Translations under genes and position numbers: made by a program
DNA from: a virus
IMG/VR virus record: IMGVR_UViG_3300027972_000007
Span: 1 to 64,000 of that record
DNA length: 64,000 nt
Direction: 5' to 3' (one strand)
Notes under the pieces: generated by a model
Told to the model about the DNA's origin: nothing
The model's input: only the letters and a program-made list of their open reading frames with translations
Database searches by the model: none
Shown: in pieces, positions 18,927 through 28,713 of the stretch
Layout of the letters: each line of letters begins with the position of its first letter
How positions within the stretch are numbered: position 1 is the stretch's first letter

Positions 18927-19982
18927 ATGAAATTTAAACAATATCTTATAGAATCAAAAGAATCAAGAGAAGCAATGAAGAGAATGAATCTTGATTATAT
19001 TGGCTGGGGTCATTATAAAGATAATAGTAATAATATATATGTCTGGAATGCGCATTTAAAGAAGATGTTAAAAAAAGAAATAGTTAAAGAAATTAAACCA
19101 GTAAATAAAACTTTTATAACTAGTATTATAAAAGAAAAATTAAAAAAATATCCTAAAATAAAAAATGTTCAATATGTAGGCAGTTTATCTAAATTTGAAA
19201 GTGGGAATGATGTAGATTTAAAATTAGACATTGAAGAGGATGAGTGGAGAGAAGCCGACGAAATTGTTTTTGATTTTATTAACGATATTAAGAAAACAGT
19301 TGGAAGTTCAAAAAGATTAGAAGATTTAAAAATTGATGTTTTTATTAATAATAGAAAATCAGTTTCTTGGAATTATTTTTTAATGTGGCTATTTTATGAA
19401 GATTTAGATTTAATACCCAACGAAAAATTAGAAGATTTCAATTTTTTTGGCGATGGCGACCCAGAATTTAGAAAAGACAAAGATTATACATTGTATAGAA
19501 TTTTAAATAGAAATAGGGACGATGCAATTAGATTGTTAAAAAGAATAAAATATAAAATTCCAAATACGATGGAAGCAAAATTAAATAAAATTGAAAATAT
19601 TATTGTAACAATGGGCGGCGGTTATACTTTTGCTTATGGATATTGGAATAAAAATATCGCAGGTTTAGATATAGAAAAAAATAGGGATAAAGGTGTTTTA
19701 AGTACTGAAGAAGAAGAACTTTTATTTAAAGTTCGATCTGGATTTGAAATATTTGCGAGAGAATCATTTATTAAACAATCTATTTCTATTAAAGGCGGTA
19801 GTAGAGTATATAGAACGGCATATATTAAAAGAGGAGAACAAGAAAAAAAGGTTGATATGTATGTAATAAAAATGTTATTAAATAAAGGATATTTAAAAAA
19901 AGCTAATGAAGAAGAAGTTTTGGAATTTGGTCGAAAAAGATTTAAATACATTTTAACATCTAAAGGCGAAGAATATAAATGA
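18927..19982 (+). CDS. CTS-leader protein with a pol-beta-type nucleotidyltransferase motif
   Basis: MKFKQYLIE; VGSLSKFESGNDVDL and IDVF. Confidence 0.65.
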   Translation: MKFKQYLIESKESREAMKRMNLDYIGWGHYKDNSNNIYVWNAHLKKMLKKEIVKEIKPVNKTFITSIIKEKLKKYPKIKNVQYVGSLSKFESGNDVDLKLDIEEDEWREADEIVFDFINDIKKTVGSSKRLEDLKIDVFINNRKSVSWNYFLMWLFYEDLDLIPNEKLEDFNFFGDGDPEFRKDKDYTLYRILNRNRDDAIRLLKRIKYKIPNTMEAKLNKIENIIVTMGGGYTFAYGYWNKNIAGLDIEKNRDKGVLSTEEEELLFKVRSGFEIFARESFIKQSISIKGGSRVYRTAYIKRGEQEKKVDMYVIKMLLNKGYLKKANEEEVLEFGRKRFKYILTSKGEEYK

Positions 19983-20476
19983 AATTTAAACAATATTTTT
20001 TAGAACAAAAACAATATAAAATTTATTGTGATCTCGACGGCGTTATAGTAAATTTTCTTAAACAAGTAAAAGATGCTGGTATTCCAGATAATTTGTATGA
20101 TAAAGATAAAGAATTATTTTTTCAAAAAGTAGAAGAAAAAGGAATAAAATTTTGGACTGATATGCAATGGTTATCAGATGGACACGAATTGTGGAATTAC
20201 ATTAAAGATAAGAATGTTACAATATTATCAGCAAAAACAAAGTCGCCATTATGTAAAAAAGGTAAAGAAATTTGGGTTAAAAGAGAATTAGGTAATGTTA
20301 ATTTAATAGTAACTTGGAAAAAGAATAAGAAAAGTTATGCAAATAAGAATTCTATTTTAATCGATGACGATAAAGGAAATATACAAGAGTGGGAAGAAAA
20401 TGAAGGTATTGGCATTTTACATACATCAGCAAAAAATACTATTAATAAGTTAAAAGAAATATTAGGAAAAGAGTAA
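19979..20476 (+). CDS. CTS-leader HAD-family 5'(3')-nucleotidase-like protein
   Basis: MKFKQYFLE; CDLDGV, ILSA, K..WV and LIDD motifs. Confidence 0.8.
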   Translation: MKFKQYFLEQKQYKIYCDLDGVIVNFLKQVKDAGIPDNLYDKDKELFFQKVEEKGIKFWTDMQWLSDGHELWNYIKDKNVTILSAKTKSPLCKKGKEIWVKRELGNVNLIVTWKKNKKSYANKNSILIDDDKGNIQEWEENEGIGILHTSAKNTINKLKEILGKE

Positions 20477-20478
20477 TT

Positions 20479-20697
20479 ATGAGCAAATTTAAAGATTATT
20501 TAAATGAAGCAGTTACTGAAGAAAGTAAAGCTAAAAATGAAAAAATAATTGCAGATAATTTGAAAGATATATATAAAGCAGATAGATATGAATTTGCTAC
20601 AAAAGATGGGAAGAAAGTTGTTTATTTTTATAAAAAAGATAAAATGATTAGGATGTATGAATTCAAGAAAAGGAATTATAGACATGGGCAAATTTAA
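20479..20697 (+). CDS. CTS-leader small protein
   Basis: MSKFKDYLNE. Confidence 0.65.
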   Translation: MSKFKDYLNEAVTEESKAKNEKIIADNLKDIYKADRYEFATKDGKKVVYFYKKDKMIRMYEFKKRNYRHGQI

Positions 20698-21145
20698 AGA
20701 GTATTTAATTGAAGGAAAAAATGTAGGAGATTTATATCATTTTACATATTATAGTTCTTTGGAAAGTATTTTAAAGAATAATAAAATGCATAGTACTTCT
20801 TATGATAAACAATATACAGGTAAAGAAGGTGTATCATTTACAAGAAATAAAAATCTTAAACTTGGTTCACCGGTTTGTTTAGTTATTGACGGGAATAAAA
20901 TAAGTAACAAATATAAAATTTTTCCAATTGGTACTAATTATATTGAAACTTATGAAGACGACGAAAACGAAGAGAGAGTTATTACTAAAGAAATAAAAGA
21001 TATTAGAAAATATATTAAAAAAATAATACTTTTTCCAAATATGATTGGTTATAAACATAGTTGGGTCGACGACGGAAAAATGATAATTGAAAAAATTAAA
21101 AATTATAATATTCCAATAGAAATAAATTATAAAAGAAAAAGATGA
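20684..21145 (+). CDS. CTS-leader ADP-ribosyltransferase-like protein
   Basis: Start revised to MGKFKEYLIE; LYHFT...IL, GVSFTR and ENEER pattern. Confidence 0.55.
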   Translation: MGKFKEYLIEGKNVGDLYHFTYYSSLESILKNNKMHSTSYDKQYTGKEGVSFTRNKNLKLGSPVCLVIDGNKISNKYKIFPIGTNYIETYEDDENEERVITKEIKDIRKYIKKIILFPNMIGYKHSWVDDGKMIIEKIKNYNIPIEINYKRKR

Positions 21146-21167
21146 GATATATTTAAAGGATAAAAAA

Positions 21168-21614
21168 ATGGGCAAATTTAAAGAATACTTATTAACAGAA
21201 ATTAAAAAATCAGTATTAATGAAGAATACTGATAAAAAAAGAATAAAATTATCTAAAGAAATGAGAGTTAGACCGCCAAAGGTTGAAACTTTAGATAATG
21301 GATTAGAAAGAATGTCTTATAAGTTTAAAATGTCACCTCCAAGCAAGTCCGTAGAAGGTAAAAGTCATTATGGATATATAGATTATGATTCAAAAACTAA
21401 AGATATTAAAAAATTATTTTGTTCATGTAAAGATTGGGCATTCAGACTTCGTTATCCTTATGCTAAAGATGATTTAGCAACGTGGGATTTGGATAAAAAA
21501 TTTAAGAAAAAAGAACCTTTTGAGCACAATCAGGAGCCGACTTACGAGACGAACCCGAATTTTACTAAGTTCCTATGCAAGCATCTTTTTGCACTCATTA
21601 AATCGTATTTATAA
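21168..21614 (+). CDS. CTS-leader SWIM zinc-finger protein
   Basis: MGKFKEYLLTE; CSC.DW...CKH. Confidence 0.75.
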   Translation: MGKFKEYLLTEIKKSVLMKNTDKKRIKLSKEMRVRPPKVETLDNGLERMSYKFKMSPPSKSVEGKSHYGYIDYDSKTKDIKKLFCSCKDWAFRLRYPYAKDDLATWDLDKKFKKKEPFEHNQEPTYETNPNFTKFLCKHLFALIKSYL

Positions 21615-21644
21615 TGAAATTATAAATAATTAAAAGGATATTAT

Positions 21645-21866
21645 ATGAAACAAGATTTTGGTCATTATTTAATTAATTTTTTAGGTAGAAAAGATATTAA
21701 AGAAACAAGTAAGAAAATTAATTTGATCAATTTTTTCAATGAAATTACAACTAATGAATTAAAAAAGGTTTATCGGCATTTATATAATGATAAGAATTTT
21801 AATTTTGAAAGAAAAGTGTTGATTGATAAGATATTAGAAAAGTCAAACGATATTAATATTAAATAA
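21645..21866 (+). CDS. Hypothetical late protein
   Basis: ORF after a TATAAATA promoter. Confidence 0.55.
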   Translation: MKQDFGHYLINFLGRKDIKETSKKINLINFFNEITTNELKKVYRHLYNDKNFNFERKVLIDKILEKSNDINIK

Positions 21867-21875
21867 GGAGATACG

Positions 21876-22055
21876 ATGAAACCAATAACTGAGTATTTAA
21901 ATGAAGCAACCAATCAAAAACAGGGGAGTCTATGCCCAGATTGTGCAGGAAAAGGTAAAAAATCTCTAACTCATACGGGATTGTATGAATGTACTCAATG
22001 TGGAATGTTATATGACCCAAATAATAAAAAACACGATCCGAGAAGAGGACGATAA
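21876..22055 (+). CDS. CTS-leader zinc-ribbon protein (59 aa, missing from the ORF track)
   Basis: MKPITEYLNEATNQKQGSLCPDC...YECTQCG; AAGGAG SD. Confidence 0.7.
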   Translation: MKPITEYLNEATNQKQGSLCPDCAGKGKKSLTHTGLYECTQCGMLYDPNNKKHDPRRGR

Positions 22056-22058
22056 ATT

Positions 22059-22262
22059 ATGAAAAGTATTAAAGAGTATTTAAATGAAGCAATAGAAGGT
22101 TCTAAAGAAGTATCCAAAAGGTATAATCAATTAAATACTATGTCTTTAGAACAGATTAAAAGGCTGTATAAGAAGAGTTATGGTAATGCAGATTTAAAAG
22201 GTAAAACTAAAAATGATATGATAAATGATTTAATGGACGACGAATTTGGAAGTGAAGAGTAA
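22059..22262 (+). CDS. CTS-leader small helical protein (SAP/Rho_N-like)
   Basis: MKSIKEYLNE; L..MSL.QIK....K.TK.DMI. Confidence 0.65.
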   Translation: MKSIKEYLNEAIEGSKEVSKRYNQLNTMSLEQIKRLYKKSYGNADLKGKTKNDMINDLMDDEFGSEE

Positions 22263-22681
22263 TGCGTTTCAAAGATTATATTAAAGAAGAATTTTGGAAA
22301 TCTAAAAAGAAATTTGATTATCTTCCAAAAACAGATGGTTATATTGAAATATTTAGAAATCCAACATCTTCCGAATTAGACGATCTTTATAAGATTGCTT
22401 ATGATAATGGTGTTCGTTTAGGTGTTGATAATAAAAATGTATTATATGCATGGGTTGAAGATGTTTTGCATGCAGAAATAGAAAAATTATTCAATTTAAA
22501 ATTTATGGTTAAATTTGAATATACGAAAGGTAGAGATATATTATATCTTTCAACTGGCGAGAAGGGCGAACACTTTAAAAAATTAAGTAAAAAAATATTA
22601 GATAGAATGAGCAACATAATGGATTTTAAGAAAATAGAAATGGTAAGTAAACCATATACAGTTTTATATGAAAGAAAGTAA
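22262..22681 (+). CDS. CTS-leader protein
   Basis: MRFKDYIKEE. Confidence 0.65.
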   Translation: MRFKDYIKEEFWKSKKKFDYLPKTDGYIEIFRNPTSSELDDLYKIAYDNGVRLGVDNKNVLYAWVEDVLHAEIEKLFNLKFMVKFEYTKGRDILYLSTGEKGEHFKKLSKKILDRMSNIMDFKKIEMVSKPYTVLYERK

Positions 22682-22874
22682 TTATGAACGATAGAGTATT
22701 TGAAAACAAAGAGTTAAAAGAATTTGATTATGAAAAAATAATGGAAAGTGACGATTATAAAAAGCACAGAGAAAAAGCGCCAAGAAATAAGAAAAGTTTC
22801 AAAAGATGGGATGAAACTGTTAAAGATGGATCGATAATTCTGTAATATTATAAATAATTAAAAAGGATGGAAAT

Positions 22875-23099
22875 ATGAAGTCAGTATTAGAGTATTTAAA
22901 TGAGAGTACAAAATATGTATCAGTAGATACAAACGCATTCGAAAATGAATATGGAAAGAAACCAAAAGGAATAGCCGGATGGGCATTTAAAATTAATGGG
23001 AAAGAATTTTCTTTTAGTGGTAGTTATTCAGAAGCAGTAAAAAAAGCTAAAGAAAGAGCATCTAATATGGGTGTATATTCAATAACACTTATGATTTAA
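22875..23099 (+). CDS. CTS-leader 74-aa protein, copy 1
   Basis: MKSVLEYLNE; identical to 56707..56931. Confidence 0.8.
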   Translation: MKSVLEYLNESTKYVSVDTNAFENEYGKKPKGIAGWAFKINGKEFSFSGSYSEAVKKAKERASNMGVYSITLMI

Positions 23100-23138
23100 T
23101 ACAGTAATGATAAATAATTTTTAAATAAGGAGAAAAAC

Positions 23139-24875
23139 ATGCCAGTAATAAAGAAACGTAGTGTACCGGGAGTTTATTTAACAGAGAGAGATATCTCTAA
23201 TATCATGCTTCCTGCCGGAACTTCAACCGGTGCAGTAGTCGTAAGATCGAAAAAAGGTCCTATAGCAAGACCAGTTTTTGTTCAATCAGATCAAGAATAT
23301 ACAGATATTTTTGGCGATCCAGTATTTACTTCTGGAACTACAGCATCTGATACAGATACTCCCGAAATGGGTTATGGTCAATATGCAGCATTAGTATTTT
23401 TAACTGAATCAGATTCGTTATATGTAGTTAGAGATTTTGATACTGGTGATAAATTTGCTGCTATAGTTTTTGATACGAGCGGAACTTATACTAATTCAGG
23501 TATTGCAGCAGCCGCAGATGCAGATAATGCCGATAAATTGAATTATATATATGCGTTAGAAAATGCTTCAATAACTGGTAATGCTTTATTAGTTGGCGCA
23601 TTAGGCCCAGGATTAGACGGTAACAATACAGCAGTAACAATTGAAACTTGTCATTCTGCTTGCGATTGGTTTAATAGTTATGATGATTATACTTCGGCTA
23701 CTGATTTAAGTGCTCATTCAATCGCCGCAGATGTTTTTAAAATTAATGTTTTCAGAAAAACAGATAGTGAAGCATGGGCGAATTTATCATACGCTAATAT
23801 TTCTGCAACTCCAGTAGAAACATGGTATGGAAGCAGAGCAAGTTTGCAAGATGCAGCTAAAAATCAGTTAAGAATTAGTGATGTAGTAAATGGAAATTCA
23901 CAATATATTTATGTGGTTCCAGGTACTGCCGATTTTGGCGCAACAGCTTTTAATAGTGCACCTTCTGCAGTTGTTCCTCTTTCTGGTGGAGATTTAGTAT
24001 ATGGAACTAATTTAACAACCACTGATGGGTTAAGTTATTTTGAAAGTAAGGAAGAAACTTCAATCAATATTTTAATGGCACCAACTTATAATATGACAGT
24101 TAAAATTGAAGCGGCAAGGATTGCAGCTTTGAGAAAAGATTGTATTGCTGTTGGTCAAAGTGGCCAGAGAACTCATACGACTGTTGCTCAAATTAAAACA
24201 GCAGAAACTTACGGCTACGGCACGCCTTCGTATGTTGCGCTGTATGCGGGCTGGGATAAATTTTATGATAAATATAATGATAAATATGTATGGTTGCCGA
24301 AATGTATTTATGGTGCAGCTATAATGGCAAGAGTTGATAGAATAGCAAATACTTGGGACGCTCCTATGGGTGTGACGAGAGGAATAATTAATTCGAGCGG
24401 GCAATACAAAACATTTAAATCGACTGAAATTGGTCAGTTGTATGATGTGAATATCAACTGTTCGAAAAATTTAAGAGGAACTGGCGATACAATGTGGGGG
24501 CAGAAAACGAGTCAAATGAAAACATCAGCTCTTGACAGGATAAATGTAAGAAGATTGTTATTATTTTTAGAAAATAGTACAGAAGCCGCACTTTTACCTT
24601 TCATTGGTGAATTAAATAATAATGAAACCAGATTAAGGGTATATAATATATTGGATAGTTTTTTTGCAGAAGTTGCAGGACAGGGAGCTTTTGATGACAG
24701 TAATGGAATTGGATATCAAATCGTCTGCGACACTAGTAATAATACCAGTTTAATTATTGATTCTAACAAATTAGCCGTTGACTGCTATGTGAAGCCGGTA
24801 CGGGTAATTGAATTTATAGAGCTCGGGTTTGTAGTCACAAGGACTGGAGTTTCGTTTTCTGAAGTTATAAGATAA
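23139..24875 (+). CDS. gp18: Tail sheath protein, gp18
   Basis: PGVY.TE.D, W.AP.G..RG, WGQKT, DRINVRRL and P....EFI motifs. Confidence 0.96.
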   Translation: MPVIKKRSVPGVYLTERDISNIMLPAGTSTGAVVVRSKKGPIARPVFVQSDQEYTDIFGDPVFTSGTTASDTDTPEMGYGQYAALVFLTESDSLYVVRDFDTGDKFAAIVFDTSGTYTNSGIAAAADADNADKLNYIYALENASITGNALLVGALGPGLDGNNTAVTIETCHSACDWFNSYDDYTSATDLSAHSIAADVFKINVFRKTDSEAWANLSYANISATPVETWYGSRASLQDAAKNQLRISDVVNGNSQYIYVVPGTADFGATAFNSAPSAVVPLSGGDLVYGTNLTTTDGLSYFESKEETSINILMAPTYNMTVKIEAARIAALRKDCIAVGQSGQRTHTTVAQIKTAETYGYGTPSYVALYAGWDKFYDKYNDKYVWLPKCIYGAAIMARVDRIANTWDAPMGVTRGIINSSGQYKTFKSTEIGQLYDVNINCSKNLRGTGDTMWGQKTSQMKTSALDRINVRRLLLFLENSTEAALLPFIGELNNNETRLRVYNILDSFFAEVAGQGAFDDSNGIGYQIVCDTSNNTSLIIDSNKLAVDCYVKPVRVIEFIELGFVVTRTGVSFSEVIR

Positions 24876-24879
24876 GAAT

Positions 24880-25332
24880 ATGAACATTACAAAAGAAACT
24901 ATAAAAGAAATTTCTAAAAATTGGAAAAATCCAATATCAGGAGGATTTGCAGATAATAAAAATCCTTCTGATTTCCCTATAGAACAACTTATAAAGGGTG
25001 TTAAAATAGAGCAGGAACATACAAAAGATTTAAAGATTGCTTTAAAGATTTCTATGGATCATTTAGTGGAATTCAAAAATTATTATGATTACTTAATAGA
25101 TATGGAAAATAAAATAAAAAAAGAATTAAAGGAGAATTACAGTATGAGAAGTATTAAAGAATATTTGAATGAGACACTAAAAAAAGAAAACAAGGACGAA
25201 CAGATAGAAGGTTATGGAGTAAAGGGATTGAATAGTACAAAATGGAGAAGAGTATTTAAAAGTGTTGAAGCTATGAATAAATGGGCCGAGAAAAACGACG
25301 CCGAAGTTCACGGAACAAGAAAAGCAGATTAA
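24880..25332 (+). CDS. Two-part protein: DUF5661-like N-terminus in frame with an internal CTS-leader ORF starting at 25144
   Basis: G..IE.EHT...I..DHL.E...YY, then AAGGAG and MRSIKEYLNE. Confidence 0.6.
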   Translation: MNITKETIKEISKNWKNPISGGFADNKNPSDFPIEQLIKGVKIEQEHTKDLKIALKISMDHLVEFKNYYDYLIDMENKIKKELKENYSMRSIKEYLNETLKKENKDEQIEGYGVKGLNSTKWRRVFKSVEAMNKWAEKNDAEVHGTRKAD

Positions 25333-25351
25333 ATAAAAAAGGAAAATAACA

Positions 25352-25684
25352 ATGAGAAGTATTAAAGAGTATTTAGAAGAAAGTTTAAATGAAAATAATA
25401 AAAATAGTTTTTTTCTTGTTAAAAATAAAAAGTCAGGAAAAGAACAAAAAATTCGAGCAGATACTGATTTTGAAGTTGTAGAAAAAATGATTAAACGACC
25501 ACCAAATAAGAATGACATTGAATTTTTTAAATCTAATTATTCATATAAAAAAATATTAGATGAATGCATTAAAGGCGATGCAATGAAACCAGGCAAAATG
25601 AAGTCTAAAGACGAAAAGAAAAATAGAGTAAAAGATATTTTTAAGAAGATAAAAGACGAAAAAGCAAAAGAAGAAAAGGAGTAA
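25352..25684 (+). CDS. CTS-leader protein
   Basis: MRSIKEYLEESLNE. Confidence 0.65.
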   Translation: MRSIKEYLEESLNENNKNSFFLVKNKKSGKEQKIRADTDFEVVEKMIKRPPNKNDIEFFKSNYSYKKILDECIKGDAMKPGKMKSKDEKKNRVKDIFKKIKDEKAKEEKE

Positions 25685-25687
25685 CTA

Positions 25688-26242
25688 ATGGGTTTTCATA
25701 TTAATGATCTTAAAAAATTAGGTGATGTTCAGCGTACATATACTTGGAAAGTTTTTATTCCAGATATATCTAAAGTTACAAATACTAAAATTGATGCTGA
25801 TAATTTTATTTTAAGAGCAAGAAGTGTATCTTTGCCTTCAAGAGGTAATGATCCGATAGAATCTTATTTTTATGGTATGAAACAGGTATTTCCTGGACGG
25901 CCAGTATTCACAAATACTATGTCTATAACTCTTGAAGAATTTGAAGATCAGAAGTTATTGAAAGCATTATATGAATGGCAAGAAAATATTTATAGTACTG
26001 ATTTAAAATCAGGTCATCCCGGCAATGCTTCATTGGGCAGTAAAACACAATATGCAGTTGACGTATTATTGCGTATGTATAAGCAATTTGAGAATGAAGA
26101 GTTAGATAAATATGTTCGTGTTAAGAATGCATGGATTAGTAATATTGATGAAGTTAATTTAGATTATACTGCACAAGATTCAGTTAAATATAATTTGACT
26201 CTTGCTTATGATTGGTGGCAGTTAGAGGATAGCGGGAAATAA
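25688..26242 (+). CDS. gp19: Tail tube protein, gp19
   Basis: SVSLPS, FPGR, and a terminal L.YDWW; follows the sheath gene. Confidence 0.88.
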   Translation: MGFHINDLKKLGDVQRTYTWKVFIPDISKVTNTKIDADNFILRARSVSLPSRGNDPIESYFYGMKQVFPGRPVFTNTMSITLEEFEDQKLLKALYEWQENIYSTDLKSGHPGNASLGSKTQYAVDVLLRMYKQFENEELDKYVRVKNAWISNIDEVNLDYTAQDSVKYNLTLAYDWWQLEDSGK

Positions 26243-26331
26243 ACATTTCTTTGATTCTTATCGTGTTTATATTCCTTCTGCAATGGAGGGAATTATATAT
26301 CTCAATTAAAAATATTGTATGAGGAATTGGT

Positions 26332-26982
26332 ATGTTAGGTGCAAATGCCTTCGAGCTTGCAGGATATTTTTCTAAAAGAATGTTTTCAAAAACTATTCTG
26401 CAAAATTTTAGATTTTTCGTTACTATATACGATAAATCGATGTTCACGACGCTCCCAGTGATTCAGCACTGGCATGTATTATCAGTAACATTACCAAATT
26501 ATGATTGGAAGAAAGAAAGTTTAATGTATGGGCCGGTTCCTAAAAGTTTTCCATATTTAGAATATGACGGGTTAGAATTAAAAATGAATTTAGAGGAAGA
26601 TGAATTTGGAACTATTAGTGATTTTATACATTCATTACAAAAAAGAGTTTTAAATACTGATGGAACCTATAATGCACCCAATAAAGTATATATTGATCGA
26701 ATAATGGTTACAGTAGAAGATAGATTTGGTATAGTTGTAAATCATTTTACTTTTCATGAGTGTTTTCTTTTACAGGCAAGTGATATAGAATTTAATTATG
26801 GAAGTAACGATTCAATTAAATATGATTTAACTTTTAATTGTGATTATTATTCAGTTTTATATCCAAAAAGGGCTTTAATTAATGCAGCCAAAACTATAGT
26901 ATCTGAGGCTGTTTCGCCAATAACTGAAAATATTAAAGATGCAGCTTATTTTAAAAAGAGTGCTAATTTTTTTAAAAAATAA
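26332..26982 (+). CDS. Tail-tube-fold protein (gp54/gp19 paralogue)
   Basis: SVTLP and F.YGSND.IKYDLTF.CDY, similar to the neighbouring gp19. Confidence 0.65.
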   Translation: MLGANAFELAGYFSKRMFSKTILQNFRFFVTIYDKSMFTTLPVIQHWHVLSVTLPNYDWKKESLMYGPVPKSFPYLEYDGLELKMNLEEDEFGTISDFIHSLQKRVLNTDGTYNAPNKVYIDRIMVTVEDRFGIVVNHFTFHECFLLQASDIEFNYGSNDSIKYDLTFNCDYYSVLYPKRALINAAKTIVSEAVSPITENIKDAAYFKKSANFFKK

Positions 26983-26998
26983 ATTGGAAGGATTGATA

Positions 26999-27775
26999 AT
27001 GGGTAAGTTTAAAAATTATTTAGAAGAATATATGAATGAAGCAATTGGTGATTTTTCACAAGCCGGTGAATTGGCTGGCGATATTGTTTCTGGAATAAAG
27101 TCTGGAGCAGAAGCAATTGGAACAACACTAAAAAATATGATACATAAGTTGAGTACTTTGCGCGAAGCCCATAAGAAATTAGTCACAAAAATTGAAGAGT
27201 TAAGAAGTAAAAAAAGTAAAATAGAAAATCAAATAGAGAAGCAAAATTATTCAAAACAGATTAAATTATTAGAATCTCAAGCAGCAAAGATGCAACAAAA
27301 TATAGATAGATTAGCAGTAGAAAAAGAAAAAGAAGTGCAAAGGGAGTTTGAAAAAAGAAAACGTGCACGTGATGTTGCTAAAAAATATAGAGAGAAGAAA
27401 AAGACAGAAAAAGGTATTAAGCCAAAAGAGAAGAAAGAAGTTGGAAAACCAATAAAAGAAAAAGAAGTAAAAGGAAAATCTGCTGTTAAACCCGAAGTAA
27501 AAAAAGAGGAAAAGCCAATGACGGAGAAACAGGCAGGGGCAGCAAGAACAACGCAGTTAAGACAAAATAGAGATTTATTAGAAAATGAGATGAAAAGCTG
27601 GCAAGAAAAAAAGAAATCGATGACTGAAAAGGCAAAAACAACAGGAAAGCCGGAATATAAAGAAATGGTTAAAAAAATAGATTTAAGAATGTGGGATATA
27701 GAAAAAAGAATTGATGTAATAGATACAAAACTGGGGTTGATTAAAATGCATATGAAAGCAGCCTCGAAAGGATAA
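26999..27775 (+). CDS. CTS-leader Lys/Glu-rich coiled-coil protein
   Basis: Start revised to MGKFKNYLEEYMNE. Confidence 0.65.
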   Translation: MGKFKNYLEEYMNEAIGDFSQAGELAGDIVSGIKSGAEAIGTTLKNMIHKLSTLREAHKKLVTKIEELRSKKSKIENQIEKQNYSKQIKLLESQAAKMQQNIDRLAVEKEKEVQREFEKRKRARDVAKKYREKKKTEKGIKPKEKKEVGKPIKEKEVKGKSAVKPEVKKEEKPMTEKQAGAARTTQLRQNRDLLENEMKSWQEKKKSMTEKAKTTGKPEYKEMVKKIDLRMWDIEKRIDVIDTKLGLIKMHMKAASKG

Positions 27776-27778
27776 TAT

Positions 27779-28543
27779 ATGAAAGTAATTGAAATTGAAG
27801 AAACAAAAAAAGAGAATAATGTTCAATTTTTTGAAATTAAAGATTTACCGTCTCGTTTTAAATTCTATCCAAAAGGAACTAAGATATTAGGACGTAGATT
27901 GACTGTTCCAGAAGTAAAAAAATTAGCAGAAATAAATAGTGAAAATTTTGATTTTGTTATTGATTCAGTATTAGAACAAACAATTAAAGGCATAGAATTA
28001 AATGAAATAAGATATTTCGATAAATTATATATAATACTTTGGTTAAGAGCTAATACATATAAAGAACCGGGATATATTATTGATTATGAGTGTGCAAAAT
28101 GTAAAAATAAAATTGAATACGAATTTGATTTGGATAAATTAGAAATTATTTATTTACCGGAAAATTTTAATGGTTTGATGACATTTGGAAATAATATAAT
28201 AGAAGTGGTTTATCAATCTATAAAATCACAAAAAGAAGTAGATGAAATAAAAAAATTAAATGAAAATGAAAAAGATGATAACAAAAAAATTGATATATCA
28301 GATTTAGAATTAGCAGCTAATTTGAAAATAAATAAAAAAGATTTTTCATTATTAGAAAAATATAATTTTATACGGAATGTTTTAAATCCAGAACAATATG
28401 TTAAATTAAAAGATTTTATTAAAAAGAACGAGTTTGGGTTTAAAGAATTTATTAATACTACATGTTCTTCGTGCGGAGGTAATATTCCTATGGGAATTAC
28501 GTTTTGTACCGAATTCTTTATTCCCAGATATCAGTTTAAGTAG
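27779..28543 (+). CDS. gp26: Baseplate hub assembly protein, gp26-like
   Basis: LPS, D..YI.L.LR and two CxxC pairs. Confidence 0.75.
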   Translation: MKVIEIEETKKENNVQFFEIKDLPSRFKFYPKGTKILGRRLTVPEVKKLAEINSENFDFVIDSVLEQTIKGIELNEIRYFDKLYIILWLRANTYKEPGYIIDYECAKCKNKIEYEFDLDKLEIIYLPENFNGLMTFGNNIIEVVYQSIKSQKEVDEIKKLNENEKDDNKKIDISDLELAANLKINKKDFSLLEKYNFIRNVLNPEQYVKLKDFIKKNEFGFKEFINTTCSSCGGNIPMGITFCTEFFIPRYQFK

Positions 28544-28706
28544 AATATATGAAATGGAATTTTTAATGAATTATTATTTAAAAATAAGTAATTTTGAAAA
28601 TATGAGTTTTTTTGAATTTATGTGGAAATATGAAAGATTATGTGCGCAGTTAAAAAAAGAAAAAGAAAATAATCTGCAAGAAATACCTTTGCAGAATTTG
28701 ATTTAG
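28434..28706 (+). CDS. gp51-like hub assembly chaperone (start uncertain)
   Basis: FENMSFFE resembles the gp51 E.M.P.E motif; position after gp26. Confidence 0.5.
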   Translation: MGLKNLLILHVLRAEVIFLWELRFVPNSLFPDISLSRIYEMEFLMNYYLKISNFENMSFFEFMWKYERLCAQLKKEKENNLQEIPLQNLI

Positions 28707-28713
28707 GAGAATT

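Noticed and set aside
21645-21866. MKQDFGHYLIN as another capsid-targeting leader
   Set aside because: It lacks the terminal Glu cleavage site, so it was not counted.
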